A stretch of DNA of 64,000 nucleotides, from IMG/VR virus record IMGVR_UViG_3300034374_009254, positions 37,259 through 101,258 of that record; one strand, given 5' to 3'. Of the stretch, positions 10,965 to 21,315 are shown piece after piece; position 1 is the stretch's first letter, and the number at the start of each line of letters is the position of its first letter. The notes under the pieces were generated by a model. The model had not been told where the DNA came from. It worked only from the letters and a program-made list of their open reading frames with translations, and ran no database searches. The position numbers were made by a program, and so were the translations under genes. The DNA comes from a virus.

Positions 10965-10995
10965 TAAAAACCCCTATATTAACTTACTTTGTAAA

Positions 10996-12489
10996 TTACG
11001 GCGTGTCTTTCAATTGTACAGACCAAGTAATTTGCAGAGTATCATCAGTTGCTTTATTTACTACGTTGAATGTGGTACGACACAGCATAGTTTGACTAAT
11101 AGCACCCTTAGTAGAACCTGGAGCGTTAAGAGTAACGATTGAGCCTCCCAAAGTATTAGTTTGTGCTGTACCTGTTCCGCCGCTTGGAAGAAGGGGTGGA
11201 TCAAATGAAGTTAAGTCTGCATTGGTATTAGCATCTACATCAGGCTCCAGAGCATTAAAAATACCTGCTTCTACGATTGGGCACTCGGTGCCTCCACCTG
11301 TAAAAGTTGTGCCAGTCGGAGCAGGATTCTGCTCTTTAAAAGTAGCTACGTATACAATACGAGTACCGGTCTTTTTAGTACCTGCAACAGCATTCGGAGG
11401 GCTAGTATTTGTGGGATCCGAAGTGTCAACAGGACTAGGCTGAGAACCATAATCATTTTCACTAGTTGGGTACCCTTCAGGATCTACACCTTGGTCAATT
11501 ACAACACTACTACCCGCAACAGTACCTTGGAATACTCCGTCAACAGAAGTACCAAATTGAACAAAAGGATCACCATATGCAATATCTACAGGTACATCGT
11601 CTGCGTCTCCAAAAAATGGGGGCACTGGATCACTGGTGCCATTAATACCAGCATCTCCCTGATTGTAGTAGCCTCCAATAATGCCTCGAGTAGGAATGTT
11701 TCCAGATCCACCAAGATCTGCAGAATTAACACCAGTTACATCCCCCGCGCCACTCCAGCTAACTGTAGATTCTACAACTCCTGTTGATGGATTCAAACGA
11801 CCAACCTGACTTTGAATAGGTGTAAACGTTAATGTTACAGGGGTGCCTGCAGTAGCAAATGCAGAGTTAGTGGTATCAATAGTAGCGTCCAAAGTAAACT
11901 CCAACAGACCGTCAGAATTAATATTTTTTGCAAGAATTTTTGTCCCGTCGGGAAAAGCTTTAGTGCCTCCTGACGTAGTATCGCTTACTGTCATAATTGC
12001 GTCACCAATGTTACCACCTGGCGCACGGATATATCTAGCATTGTAAGCATCTGATCCTTGGTTGGTTGTAGGGGCAATAGTAAGAGTTGTGCCTGAAGCT
12101 CTCAGATATGGAGCAGGAAGCGTGTCTGCAAAGTCTACAGTAAAAGTTGCATACTCTGCATTAAAAGACGTATCTCTTTTAACTTGTACACGAAGCCCTT
12201 CTTCAAATTCCAAGGCACGATCAGTTGCACTAGTGGTAGTAAATGAACCTACATTACCACCTCTACTTGCGTCTGCTTGGCCTGAGCCAATCGCCATATG
12301 GCTCATCATTCGAGGAATAACATGGCTTCCTCGAATATCTTGTTTTGGGTCTATTAAACGGCCGACAATATGGGCCAAACCGTAGTTTGTTACCATATTT
12401 CGAATAGTTTTATGTTGTTTTACTCGACCCGCGTTATCTCTCAAAACGAGATTGACAATTCCCTTGATTTGAGCACTGTCTTTTTGCAT
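10996..12489 (-). CDS. Tail collar/fibre-attachment-like virion protein with insertions
   Basis: NMVTNYG...MAIGSG...EAGIFN...MLCRTTFNVVNKATDDTLQITW pattern. Confidence 0.6.
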   Translation of the reverse strand: MQKDSAQIKGIVNLVLRDNAGRVKQHKTIRNMVTNYGLAHIVGRLIDPKQDIRGSHVIPRMMSHMAIGSGQADASRGGNVGSFTTTSATDRALEFEEGLRVQVKRDTSFNAEYATFTVDFADTLPAPYLRASGTTLTIAPTTNQGSDAYNARYIRAPGGNIGDAIMTVSDTTSGGTKAFPDGTKILAKNINSDGLLEFTLDATIDTTNSAFATAGTPVTLTFTPIQSQVGRLNPSTGVVESTVSWSGAGDVTGVNSADLGGSGNIPTRGIIGGYYNQGDAGINGTSDPVPPFFGDADDVPVDIAYGDPFVQFGTSVDGVFQGTVAGSSVVIDQGVDPEGYPTSENDYGSQPSPVDTSDPTNTSPPNAVAGTKKTGTRIVYVATFKEQNPAPTGTTFTGGGTECPIVEAGIFNALEPDVDANTNADLTSFDPPLLPSGGTGTAQTNTLGGSIVTLNAPGSTKGAISQTMLCRTTFNVVNKATDDTLQITWSVQLKDTP

Positions 12490-12500
12490 TTTAAAATCTC

Positions 12501-15500
12501 CTAAAAACTGGCGGATTTGCCATCTTCGCTGACATAAGGCTCCAAAAAGTATGAAGCGCAGTACACGGGTATAAAGGCGGATCCAGGGTCAGCAACCTCG
12601 ACCGTTTCCGTATGTGTTCTATCAAAATGTCTCAGCTGTTGTACAAATGTATTGTCTGTCGCTGAATTTTCTGAAGCTATAAATATTGGAGAAAGTGTTT
12701 CTCCAGGTACTGGAGTCTGTTTGTCAACAAGAGTTAAATAACTAGCTTGTTGCCAGCTAGTACCGCTACCATTTCCTACTTGACTATTGCTTATATTTCC
12801 TGATGTCAAGACTCCCGAACCATAATAAAGAATTACATATAAGTGATCGTTAGAGCCTTTCAGTAGTTTAAGGCGGGGGTTACTTGCGTATCCTGGGCCG
12901 CCTCCGGGATTATTTATATTATAGTTTATATCTCCCGCATAAATGGCCTCTATATTACCTAAGTTTCTCCACCTAAATTCAGACTGTAATCCACTAGGTA
13001 TATTATACGTTGGATAGAGTATATAATCATTTATTAAACCTCCATTAACTGTATCTTCATATGTAAAATTTCCTGCAGAAGGTCTAGTTGGGTCGGTTCT
13101 ATTAGTTAAAGGCTGTATAAATCCATTTTGCCCATAAGAACCTAAAATATTAGAAATAGATATATCTATATCAGTAACTAGTACCCAATATCCTGCAACA
13201 GAGTTCCACAAAAAAGCAGTTTTAGTGGCAGAATTATAATAGTAAGGAGTGGAAAGAGTACTACCGTCATGCGCTAAATAACTACCTTTCCAAAAAAATC
13301 CAGTACTATAATTAAAGCTCCCTAAAGTTGAAGTACCAGGGCCATAGCCTGGTCGCTGCCAGCTTTCAAGAACATTGTTTGGAGTATAAGTATTATAAGC
13401 TGTATACGTATACCCCCCTACATCCGTTCTACGATTAACTAAAATACTTTCTGAAGCATATAAATTTTTACCCCATCTACGAAGTTGATATAATGATGAA
13501 GGAGCTTCTTTATTTAAATTTATAAGTGCCCCTGAGCTATCAAAGTCAGGAATAATTTCATATAAACTAACTTCACCGTCATTAATATAGGTTTCTCGAG
13601 CTTTTGAAACTTTTTCATTTCCTATATAAAAACGATCTGAAACTATAGGAGAACTACCTGATATAACTAAAGGAAAGTCTTGAAAGTTTAAAGTTTCGTT
13701 AGGGGCGCCTTCAATTCCTTCAATTAATTGTTGAACTTGATTTATTATTAACTTTCTACTAGAATTTTTAAAGTTCTTTCCTACAGTTTCCAATTTTACG
13801 TCATACAAATAATTTCCAAGTGCATCATGTATTGGACCTATATAAGACAATAAAATATCGTCTTTTTGTACTCGATTAGGAGTCATTTTAACATCAGAAG
13901 TTCCGTCTGCCCCGCTTCTTCTACTTCTAACAAATCCTGTATCTAAGGGAAAGCGAGGAAGTGCATATGATATATTTGTAAGAATACTTTTTTCAGCAAA
14001 TGAAGATTCTGCACCTCCAAATAGTCCTTCAATATATTGATTATCAAAAGGATTTAAAAATGTTTTTCTATGGTAATTTGAAAAGTGTTTACTTATAGTT
14101 TCTAATTTTACGTCATATAAATAATTTCCTAATGCATCATTTACAGGACCTACATACCCCGCTCTTAAGAAACTCTTTATAGGTCCACGAGTTTCTTTTA
14201 ATATAACATCTTCTGGTGTTCCGACAGGATTTTGAAGATAGGGGTAGAAAAATGCACCTACTCTATCCGTTTGTACGCTTGTGTTCCCAGAACTCGATAT
14301 TAAAGGCGGCGTTACTTTTATTCCTGCATTGTTTGATAAAAACGGCGTTAGTGATCGACGCTTCTGAAAAGTTCCTCCAAGTAGTCCTAAACGCGCTAGT
14401 TTTTGAAATACAGTAATTCCCGAGTATCTTAATCTACCTTTATTATACCCCGATTGATATTTAACGCCCTGAGAATTTATTAAGTATCTGGGAGCTCTTG
14501 AGTCATTTAAGTCTCTATTAGTAAACTCTCTATAAAATAAGACTCTTTTACCTTGGGCATCCTTTGTAGGAAAATAACTATAGGGTCCAGAAAACCAAGT
14601 TTGAAACGGGTTTGTCCAATATCTATATCGAGTTTTATAGCCTGTTCCCATAAAGCTATAAAAATCTCCCTCTAAACTATATTCCGCATCTGCAACTAAA
14701 GCGTAATCTTCCCTTCTTCCACTGTCTGCTTGAAACCAAGCTAACTCTCTATTTGGAAGAGTTGGAAATGTGTTTGTTCCGTCTATCCAATGTCCTGCTC
14801 CGTACATAGAGCTTATATTAGGATATGTAGGTTGATATACTGGAGGAACCCAAACACCCGAAGAATTCCAATAGCCTCCTTGAGTTTGTTTTAGCTGATG
14901 TTTATAAAAAGTATTCCAAGCTCTCTCATAGTAAGAATCTGTTACTTGGTTAAAACTAGTATGCGATTTAATTTTTGGAGCGCCGGGAGTTCTTGCAGAG
15001 ACTCCTGACTGTTGAAAATCCGTTATAAATTCTACCGGTAGATCTTTGTTTATAAAGTATTTTTCTTTTCTTACTTCTTCAAAATGTAATCTATCTTTAA
15101 ACGTTTTTGTTGCGGAACTAAGCTGAGGTAGCTTATCCGTAAGTTCTACTTCAGATAAAGGATTTTTTCCTGGCCCTAAATCTACAAAACCTAAAGTGTG
15201 TCTCGGTGCAGCTGGTACGCCAGGATGGGGGCGAGTCTGCGGATATCTTCGTACAGTAATCCCTACTTCTTCTTGGGTTTCGTCTCTGATACCCTGTATG
15301 GATAATAAAGGATTGTGAGGATTAACTTCTAAAACTCTGTGCGAATTTGCTATTGTCTTCTTCTGTGAACTTACAAAATTTATTCTATCAGTATTTAGAA
15401 GAGCATCTGAAAAAACTAAAGCATCTTCTTTTACAAATGCATCTTCACTTTTTAAGCCAAGAGTCGCTCCCAGTTTTACAAAATTAAATAAAGGATCTGC

Positions 15501-16919
15501 AGCTCTTTCTGCTTGTACTGCAACAATAAAATCTAACCCGGGCTTTTGAGCAACTCTACCATCTCCAAAGGGATCTACTAGTTGCGTAGCATGTCTTGCA
15601 AATTTATTAAATAGCCAAGGAGCATCATCTTCTTGATAAATTTTATCGCTTAAAAGATGACTTTTTGCTGAAAGAATAGAATCTAAAGTTTTTAAGTTAT
15701 CTTGTACAGGCTTATGAGACTGTTTAAGAATTAATTTAAACTTTCCTGGAACAGATTGAGCATATACAATATTTTTGTTAGTAGTACCAGCACTACTAAT
15801 AGCATTTATATTTAACTGCTTTCCAAATAACCAAGTTGCAGTATCTAGTGTGCGAAGCCTATCTTGCTGTATATCTGTAACTTTTGATATTGATGCTATA
15901 CTGTCCGAGCTAGAAACTTTATCTTGCTTTAATTTACCTATTAAAGTGAATTTAACAAAATTTAGTAAAGGATTAGTAGCCGCACTATTTCTTGCTGTAG
16001 TAGTGTAAAAAATATCTTTACTGGGAGTATTAGCATTTGTATTAAATTGTTTTCCAATTGTTTTATCTTCTTCTTGAGATGTAAATACTTTATCTTTAGG
16101 ATCTACAATTCTACTTATAATAAAGTTTTCGACAGAAGAAGCTCCTTGTTGTATAGGAGCACGGAAAAGAAGAGTATTAATTCTTTCATCTAAAAATTCT
16201 ACAATGTGATCGAAGCCCGGCTTTTGAGGTACACTACCATCACCAAAAGGGTCTACTAACTGCGTCTCATGAGGAGCTGTAATAGCTTGGACGCGTTTAA
16301 TAGAATCTTCTAAAAATACTAAATCTCTTGGATTAGTATACCTATAGATATTTGGAACTTCTAATACTCTTGCTGCATCAAATTGAGGACGATTTCTTAT
16401 TAAAATAAAGTCTATTTGTTCGTCAAAAAACTCTACAATAAAATCAAAATCTGATTTTTCATCCTTAGTAGCGTGTCGAGCTGTTATGTCAGGCAGTCTT
16501 TTGGACACCCGATCGCTTGTAAACAAAAGTTCATTTTTTGTTTTAACTTTAGGAGTAACTATAGAATCTGAAAACAGTATGTTTTCTTGCGGCAGTCGTC
16601 TACGAAGGTGAAAATAATCAAACTTTTCTACAGTAAGTAGCTCTTCATCTTCACTAAGAGCTGGCTGCTTAGATACTAACTCAGGAGTAATTAATACTTC
16701 ATTGAACTTTCGTCTATAGTGTACAATTTTTGCAAAAACATCCTCTTGAAATACTTCATCCAAGAGAAAAAATCGTAAAAGCTGTTCGTGAGTAATTCTT
16801 ACATCTAAAAAAGATAGAAGAGATACCGAAGCAGCATCGATTTCTATAGCAGTATCGCTAGTATCTGCTATTAATAAAGAGTTCTCTATTAAAGAATCTA
16901 TGCGAAACTTTCCGCTCAT
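12501..16919 (-). CDS. Large virion-associated protein with internal duplications (1472 aa)
   Basis: Long ORF in the tail block; duplicated segments TQLVDPFGDG and DALGNYLYDVKLET. Confidence 0.6.
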   Translation of the reverse strand: MSGKFRIDSLIENSLLIADTSDTAIEIDAASVSLLSFLDVRITHEQLLRFFLLDEVFQEDVFAKIVHYRRKFNEVLITPELVSKQPALSEDEELLTVEKFDYFHLRRRLPQENILFSDSIVTPKVKTKNELLFTSDRVSKRLPDITARHATKDEKSDFDFIVEFFDEQIDFILIRNRPQFDAARVLEVPNIYRYTNPRDLVFLEDSIKRVQAITAPHETQLVDPFGDGSVPQKPGFDHIVEFLDERINTLLFRAPIQQGASSVENFIISRIVDPKDKVFTSQEEDKTIGKQFNTNANTPSKDIFYTTTARNSAATNPLLNFVKFTLIGKLKQDKVSSSDSIASISKVTDIQQDRLRTLDTATWLFGKQLNINAISSAGTTNKNIVYAQSVPGKFKLILKQSHKPVQDNLKTLDSILSAKSHLLSDKIYQEDDAPWLFNKFARHATQLVDPFGDGRVAQKPGLDFIVAVQAERAADPLFNFVKLGATLGLKSEDAFVKEDALVFSDALLNTDRINFVSSQKKTIANSHRVLEVNPHNPLLSIQGIRDETQEEVGITVRRYPQTRPHPGVPAAPRHTLGFVDLGPGKNPLSEVELTDKLPQLSSATKTFKDRLHFEEVRKEKYFINKDLPVEFITDFQQSGVSARTPGAPKIKSHTSFNQVTDSYYERAWNTFYKHQLKQTQGGYWNSSGVWVPPVYQPTYPNISSMYGAGHWIDGTNTFPTLPNRELAWFQADSGRREDYALVADAEYSLEGDFYSFMGTGYKTRYRYWTNPFQTWFSGPYSYFPTKDAQGKRVLFYREFTNRDLNDSRAPRYLINSQGVKYQSGYNKGRLRYSGITVFQKLARLGLLGGTFQKRRSLTPFLSNNAGIKVTPPLISSSGNTSVQTDRVGAFFYPYLQNPVGTPEDVILKETRGPIKSFLRAGYVGPVNDALGNYLYDVKLETISKHFSNYHRKTFLNPFDNQYIEGLFGGAESSFAEKSILTNISYALPRFPLDTGFVRSRRSGADGTSDVKMTPNRVQKDDILLSYIGPIHDALGNYLYDVKLETVGKNFKNSSRKLIINQVQQLIEGIEGAPNETLNFQDFPLVISGSSPIVSDRFYIGNEKVSKARETYINDGEVSLYEIIPDFDSSGALINLNKEAPSSLYQLRRWGKNLYASESILVNRRTDVGGYTYTAYNTYTPNNVLESWQRPGYGPGTSTLGSFNYSTGFFWKGSYLAHDGSTLSTPYYYNSATKTAFLWNSVAGYWVLVTDIDISISNILGSYGQNGFIQPLTNRTDPTRPSAGNFTYEDTVNGGLINDYILYPTYNIPSGLQSEFRWRNLGNIEAIYAGDINYNINNPGGGPGYASNPRLKLLKGSNDHLYVILYYGSGVLTSGNISNSQVGNGSGTSWQQASYLTLVDKQTPVPGETLSPIFIASENSATDNTFVQQLRHFDRTHTETVEVADPGSAFIPVYCASYFLEPYVSEDGKSASF

Positions 16920-17284
16920 GTATAATCATCCCGCACCTGTATAGTAATTTGTTCAAAAGTTGTATAAACTTCTGTCAAAGGATTATTACTCTCATCGACG
17001 CCTGCGGGTACAATAAACTCTACCTCTGCTTCATAAAAATCATCGTCTACATCGGCATGAGTTAAAAAAGGCTTCAAATTAAAAACATATTGGCCTTGAG
17101 TATCTGTAGATTTAAATTCGTCTGCCGCAACACTCACAATTGCAGTAGGAGTATCTTTTCGTCGAATATTTAAAAATACATTAGCAGAATCAGTGACAAA
17201 CCTGTCATTGTTTTCATTTTTAACAATAACTACAGTTAAATCAGGTCCTGTATCGTTTTTAACAAGTGTCACTAATCTATTCAT
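16916..17284 (-). CDS. BppU/T5 p132-like collar (fibre attachment) protein
   Basis: Size, position after the central fibre, KNDTGPDL...YEAEVE...ITIQVRDD pattern. Confidence 0.55.
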   Translation of the reverse strand: MNRLVTLVKNDTGPDLTVVIVKNENNDRFVTDSANVFLNIRRKDTPTAIVSVAADEFKSTDTQGQYVFNLKPFLTHADVDDDFYEAEVEFIVPAGVDESNNPLTEVYTTFEQITIQVRDDYT

Positions 17285-17340
17285 TGGAAGGGCGCTAACT
17301 TCTTATTTAAGAAGGCTTTTTTTAAATATTCTATGGTATG

Positions 17341-17369
17341 ATTATAACAAAGCATACCTGCCTTGTCAA
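17341..17369 (-). promoter_or_regulatory. Sigma70 promoter for the side-fibre operon
   Basis: TTGACA-17-TATAAT on minus strand. Confidence 0.85.
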
Positions 17370-17397
17370 GATATATTTTTTGTAAGGGTATTAGTAG

Positions 17398-17622
17398 TTA
17401 AGAAAATGCAATGTCGCATACAGCACGTACTTTTTCATCTCGTTGAGAATAATCATCCTCGGCATAAATTACATAACGATGAAAAGAAGAAGAAAGTAAA
17501 TTACCATCTTCTAAAATTTTTGTTTTTTCTCTTACTTGAACAGCGACTATAGTATTAAAGGACTCATCTTGAGTTTCTACAATCTCTATTCTATCAACCA
17601 CTGTCTGTTTAGTTAACGCCAT
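17398..17622 (-). CDS. Small tail-fibre-associated protein
   Basis: 74-aa ORF with AAGGAG RBS directly after a fibre gene. Confidence 0.65.
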   Translation of the reverse strand: MALTKQTVVDRIEIVETQDESFNTIVAVQVREKTKILEDGNLLSSSFHRYVIYAEDDYSQRDEKVRAVCDIAFS

Positions 17623-17634
17623 TTTTTACTCTCC

Positions 17635-20600
17635 TTATGTCGTTTGATAAGCTATTCCAAATGATAAACCAGTATTGGTTCCTAGCATAGATCCTGGTAC
17701 GGCTGTTGGAGACCCCGATGCGGTATTATACTCTAAATATAAAGTGCTTGTCCCCGCTATAGCGGTTACATAAATACTTGCCCCAGAAACACTAGTAGCA
17801 GAATTCGTTATTCTTACAGGAGCAGTGCCGGATCTACCTATAGCAAAGGGTAGCCCTGTTATTGGAATGGCACCAGCTGTACTAGTACCTATATTAAATG
17901 CAGACACACTAACATGAACCAACTTTCCTGTTTTTACGTAGTATTGAGTTCCTCCAGAATTTCCCGCGATAGTACAAGTCCAAGTTCCAGATTCTACTAC
18001 ATCCAGATCCGATTGCGGAACGTTTTCAAAAGCACTGTTTCCGCTATCGTAAACAAGAACATCCCCTTGAGTTGCACCAAGAATATTTACATCTGTTAGT
18101 CCAGCAAGAGTTTGTCCTGCACTTGCTTGATTTACCCAAGTAAAGTCGCTAGTAGTTCCATCCCAAGCTAAAATTTGTCCAGATGTTGCACTAGAGGTAT
18201 TTAGTCCATAAGGCAGCACACTGTCTACTTCATTTCTAAAATCATTTGATGAGATATCTATATGATAAAAGGGAAGGTGGCGAGAATGCCACTCATTACC
18301 GTCCCAAGATAAAACGTGGTAGGTACCACCGGTATCTACAGCGGAGTCTACATTACTTAAACTACCTAATGTTATGCTGGTGCCGGGAGCTTGAGCCACC
18401 CATTTGCTGTCTATAGACCTCCAAGTTAATACATCGCCATTTGATCTACCTCCTACTGCCGTATCTGCTAAGTTAAATAGATAAAGCATTTGAGGTTCCC
18501 ACTCACTATTTGTGGCATCCCATTTTAAAACAGAGTCAGAAGAAAAAGGAACATTACTACTAACATCCCCTAGATCTCCTAAGTTAAAAGTACTAAAAGC
18601 TTTATTTTGCCACTCTCCGGCTGTAGTATCCCAAAGCAGTAATTCATTATCTGTCGCTGGAGGGTTAGGGCTATATGCTACATCATTAAAGGTAGCTATA
18701 CTTGGCTGTGCATTTACCCAGCCTCCTGTGGGCCCTTGGTAGAAAAGGTAACTACCGGACTGAATACTTGTTATTGTTACATCAGTAAGTCCTGCGACGT
18801 CAAGAGTAGCCTGTACATTTAAGTTACCTGTTCCTATTATAGAATTTCCATTAATTGTATATACATCTGTAAGGTACCCCGCACCATTTGTTAATTGATT
18901 ATTATTTGTAGGTATACTTGGTAAATTACTTAAATCATTATAATTACCTGTAGTAGCTACAGTTGCAAAACTCCCTGAAGTTAAAAATCCTGAATCATTA
19001 GTTAAGTCACTAGTTTTTGTAGGTATAGTTGGTTTATTACTTAAATCATTATAGTTGCCTGAAAAAAGCAAATTAGTAGTATCAGTTAGATCACTAACAT
19101 CACTAGGTATTTGTGCACTTGTAATAAACCCAGAGTCATTTGTTAAATCACTAGTTTTTGTCGGTATGCTTGGTTTATTAATTAAATCATTATAAGAGCC
19201 TGATGTTGCTACTGCATGAAGATTTGGAGTACCATTTAAATCACTATAATTACCACTTGTGGCTACTGCATGAAGGCTGGTCGAAGTAACATAGTTTGCA
19301 TCATTAGCTAGAACAGAAACATTATCCCCCGGCTGTACTGCGGAATCTGCTTTTGCTCCTTGAGCTGCGGTAGCAGCATCGGTAATCCCATAACCTGCTA
19401 AAGTTGTGGGAGTATTAGTTAAGTCAGAAAATGCTACTGTTCCAGGACCCCAATTTGTACCATCATATTTTAAAAGTTTATTCGCGGTAGCCCCAGTAGA
19501 AACATTTGTTAAACTTTCTAACGTATAATCAATATAGCTTAATTTTGTACCATCATGCTGTAAAATTTGAGTGCTAGAACCTCCTGCTACTTTCAGTCCT
19601 CCTGTTCCTATATCTGCGGCGTTTGCAAATAATTCTCCCCATCTTTTAGCTGAACTACCAATATCATAACTATTTGCTGTAGTAGGAATTAAATTTTCTT
19701 CAATTTCCGCATTAAAAGTAACTACATCGGTAGAAGAAGTTCCAAGTAAAACATTTTCTCTTAAATGAGTAGAGCCATAAACAGATAGACCATCAGCAAC
19801 TGTCCATTGAATATTAGATTCCCATGCAGGCCCCGTACCTCCAGATCCATCTGGTAAAGAAGAAGCAATATTATATTGAATTGCTGCAAAAGCTCCGTCA
19901 AGAGTAATACCTCCTCCTTGTGCTGCTGCAGCATTTCCTGCACCATCTGCAAGAACTATATTTTTATCGTCTACAGTCATAATAGTACTATTTACTTCTG
20001 TTGTAGTACCATCTACTTGTAAATTTCCTGCAATAATTACAGTACCCGTATCGTCTCCATGAACTGCTGGGTCAATTACAAAGTTAGCAGGACCTCTTAG
20101 CCAGCCTCTTAATTCTAAATTATTCATTTTAGAATTAATGTCTGTACCATCGTAAGTTATAAAGTCTCCTGCTGCTGGATCTCCTATAGCTACTTTATGT
20201 AAACCGTCTGTAGGATCTACGCCGAACCAAAAACCGGTACCAACACCGTAATCAGTCATTCCCCCACGAATACTTCCTCCAGCTACGTCAATTCCGGCAT
20301 TTGGACCATTTATTGTAATTCCATCACTTGTTCCTGTTTCTGCTTGCTGCTGAGGATTTAAATTAGAAACAGCGCCTATAAAGGAACGATTTAGTATAAA
20401 GTTTAATACGTAAGGTGGCCCATCAGGACCTCTAAGAACTTGTGCAAGAACAGCGTCATTAGAATAGTTAGGACGATAAACAGCTCTATAAGCTGCTTGA
20501 ACTTGAAGTTCGGTTTCAAAAGAACGATCTAAAGTAACTTGGGTATCACTGTTAATTTCTATTACTTTGGCCCCTAATCCTAAGTATTCGTCATTAATAG

Positions 20601-21315
20601 AGCCTACAGGAAAAGTTACAGTATCATTAACTTTAAGAGATTGTCTAAACCCTGAACCTGTCATTATACCGTCAGTTGATACCGCAACATTTCCAATGCT
20701 AAGCCAATTACTGCTATGATCCATAGCACGCGTGCCATCCCCCATAAATCTCCAAAACGGTAATGTTGGCATTGCATGTTTGTCCCACTCCACTAAATGA
20801 ATGGTTCTATACTGCGCTTGAAATAGTATATAAAGTTCGCGTGTCTCGTCAGGAACTACTCCATCTAAGTTTACTACTTGAGGCTCTGATACTGTGATTG
20901 CATTTTGAGGATTTACTATTGAAGATATATTAACAGGATAGCTTTCAAAAGTGTAATCAAATTCGTCAAAATCTTCTGTAGGTTGAGGATTTAAAACGGT
21001 TCCTTCATAAGTCCAGCCGTCAGGATATAACTCTGCTACTAAATCTCTTAAGAAAGGCCAATTTATTAAACCCCTATACCTACTAGATACAGGATCTCCT
21101 GCTCCTTCCTCTGTACTTTGAGTTTCATCGGCTCTAAAGGAATTGACTGTATCTGCATTAAAACTAGCATATGCACCTTTGGGCATACCATCATGAATAC
21201 GAGGGCCTATAAGAGTAAACTTTTGCCCATCTCTATTTATCCGTACTGTTTTAAATTCAGAATAGTTTCCTTTATGAGAAACACTTCTTACTTTAAATGT
21301 AATTTCTTCTGACAT
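17635..21315 (-). CDS. Central/straight tail fibre (T5 pb4 position)
   Basis: Follows the tail-tip hub; IPTKTSDLTNDSGF, VATSGxYxDL and LxDLxDV...W repeats; beta-rich C-terminal tip domain. Confidence 0.75.
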   Translation of the reverse strand: MSEEITFKVRSVSHKGNYSEFKTVRINRDGQKFTLIGPRIHDGMPKGAYASFNADTVNSFRADETQSTEEGAGDPVSSRYRGLINWPFLRDLVAELYPDGWTYEGTVLNPQPTEDFDEFDYTFESYPVNISSIVNPQNAITVSEPQVVNLDGVVPDETRELYILFQAQYRTIHLVEWDKHAMPTLPFWRFMGDGTRAMDHSSNWLSIGNVAVSTDGIMTGSGFRQSLKVNDTVTFPVGSINDEYLGLGAKVIEINSDTQVTLDRSFETELQVQAAYRAVYRPNYSNDAVLAQVLRGPDGPPYVLNFILNRSFIGAVSNLNPQQQAETGTSDGITINGPNAGIDVAGGSIRGGMTDYGVGTGFWFGVDPTDGLHKVAIGDPAAGDFITYDGTDINSKMNNLELRGWLRGPANFVIDPAVHGDDTGTVIIAGNLQVDGTTTEVNSTIMTVDDKNIVLADGAGNAAAAQGGGITLDGAFAAIQYNIASSLPDGSGGTGPAWESNIQWTVADGLSVYGSTHLRENVLLGTSSTDVVTFNAEIEENLIPTTANSYDIGSSAKRWGELFANAADIGTGGLKVAGGSSTQILQHDGTKLSYIDYTLESLTNVSTGATANKLLKYDGTNWGPGTVAFSDLTNTPTTLAGYGITDAATAAQGAKADSAVQPGDNVSVLANDANYVTSTSLHAVATSGNYSDLNGTPNLHAVATSGSYNDLINKPSIPTKTSDLTNDSGFITSAQIPSDVSDLTDTTNLLFSGNYNDLSNKPTIPTKTSDLTNDSGFLTSGSFATVATTGNYNDLSNLPSIPTNNNQLTNGAGYLTDVYTINGNSIIGTGNLNVQATLDVAGLTDVTITSIQSGSYLFYQGPTGGWVNAQPSIATFNDVAYSPNPPATDNELLLWDTTAGEWQNKAFSTFNLGDLGDVSSNVPFSSDSVLKWDATNSEWEPQMLYLFNLADTAVGGRSNGDVLTWRSIDSKWVAQAPGTSITLGSLSNVDSAVDTGGTYHVLSWDGNEWHSRHLPFYHIDISSNDFRNEVDSVLPYGLNTSSATSGQILAWDGTTSDFTWVNQASAGQTLAGLTDVNILGATQGDVLVYDSGNSAFENVPQSDLDVVESGTWTCTIAGNSGGTQYYVKTGKLVHVSVSAFNIGTSTAGAIPITGLPFAIGRSGTAPVRITNSATSVSGASIYVTAIAGTSTLYLEYNTASGSPTAVPGSMLGTNTGLSFGIAYQTT

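Noticed and set aside
667-21315. Diversity-generating retroelement or invertible fibre cassette
   Set aside because: No reverse transcriptase, invertase or near-identical template/variable repeat pair was seen
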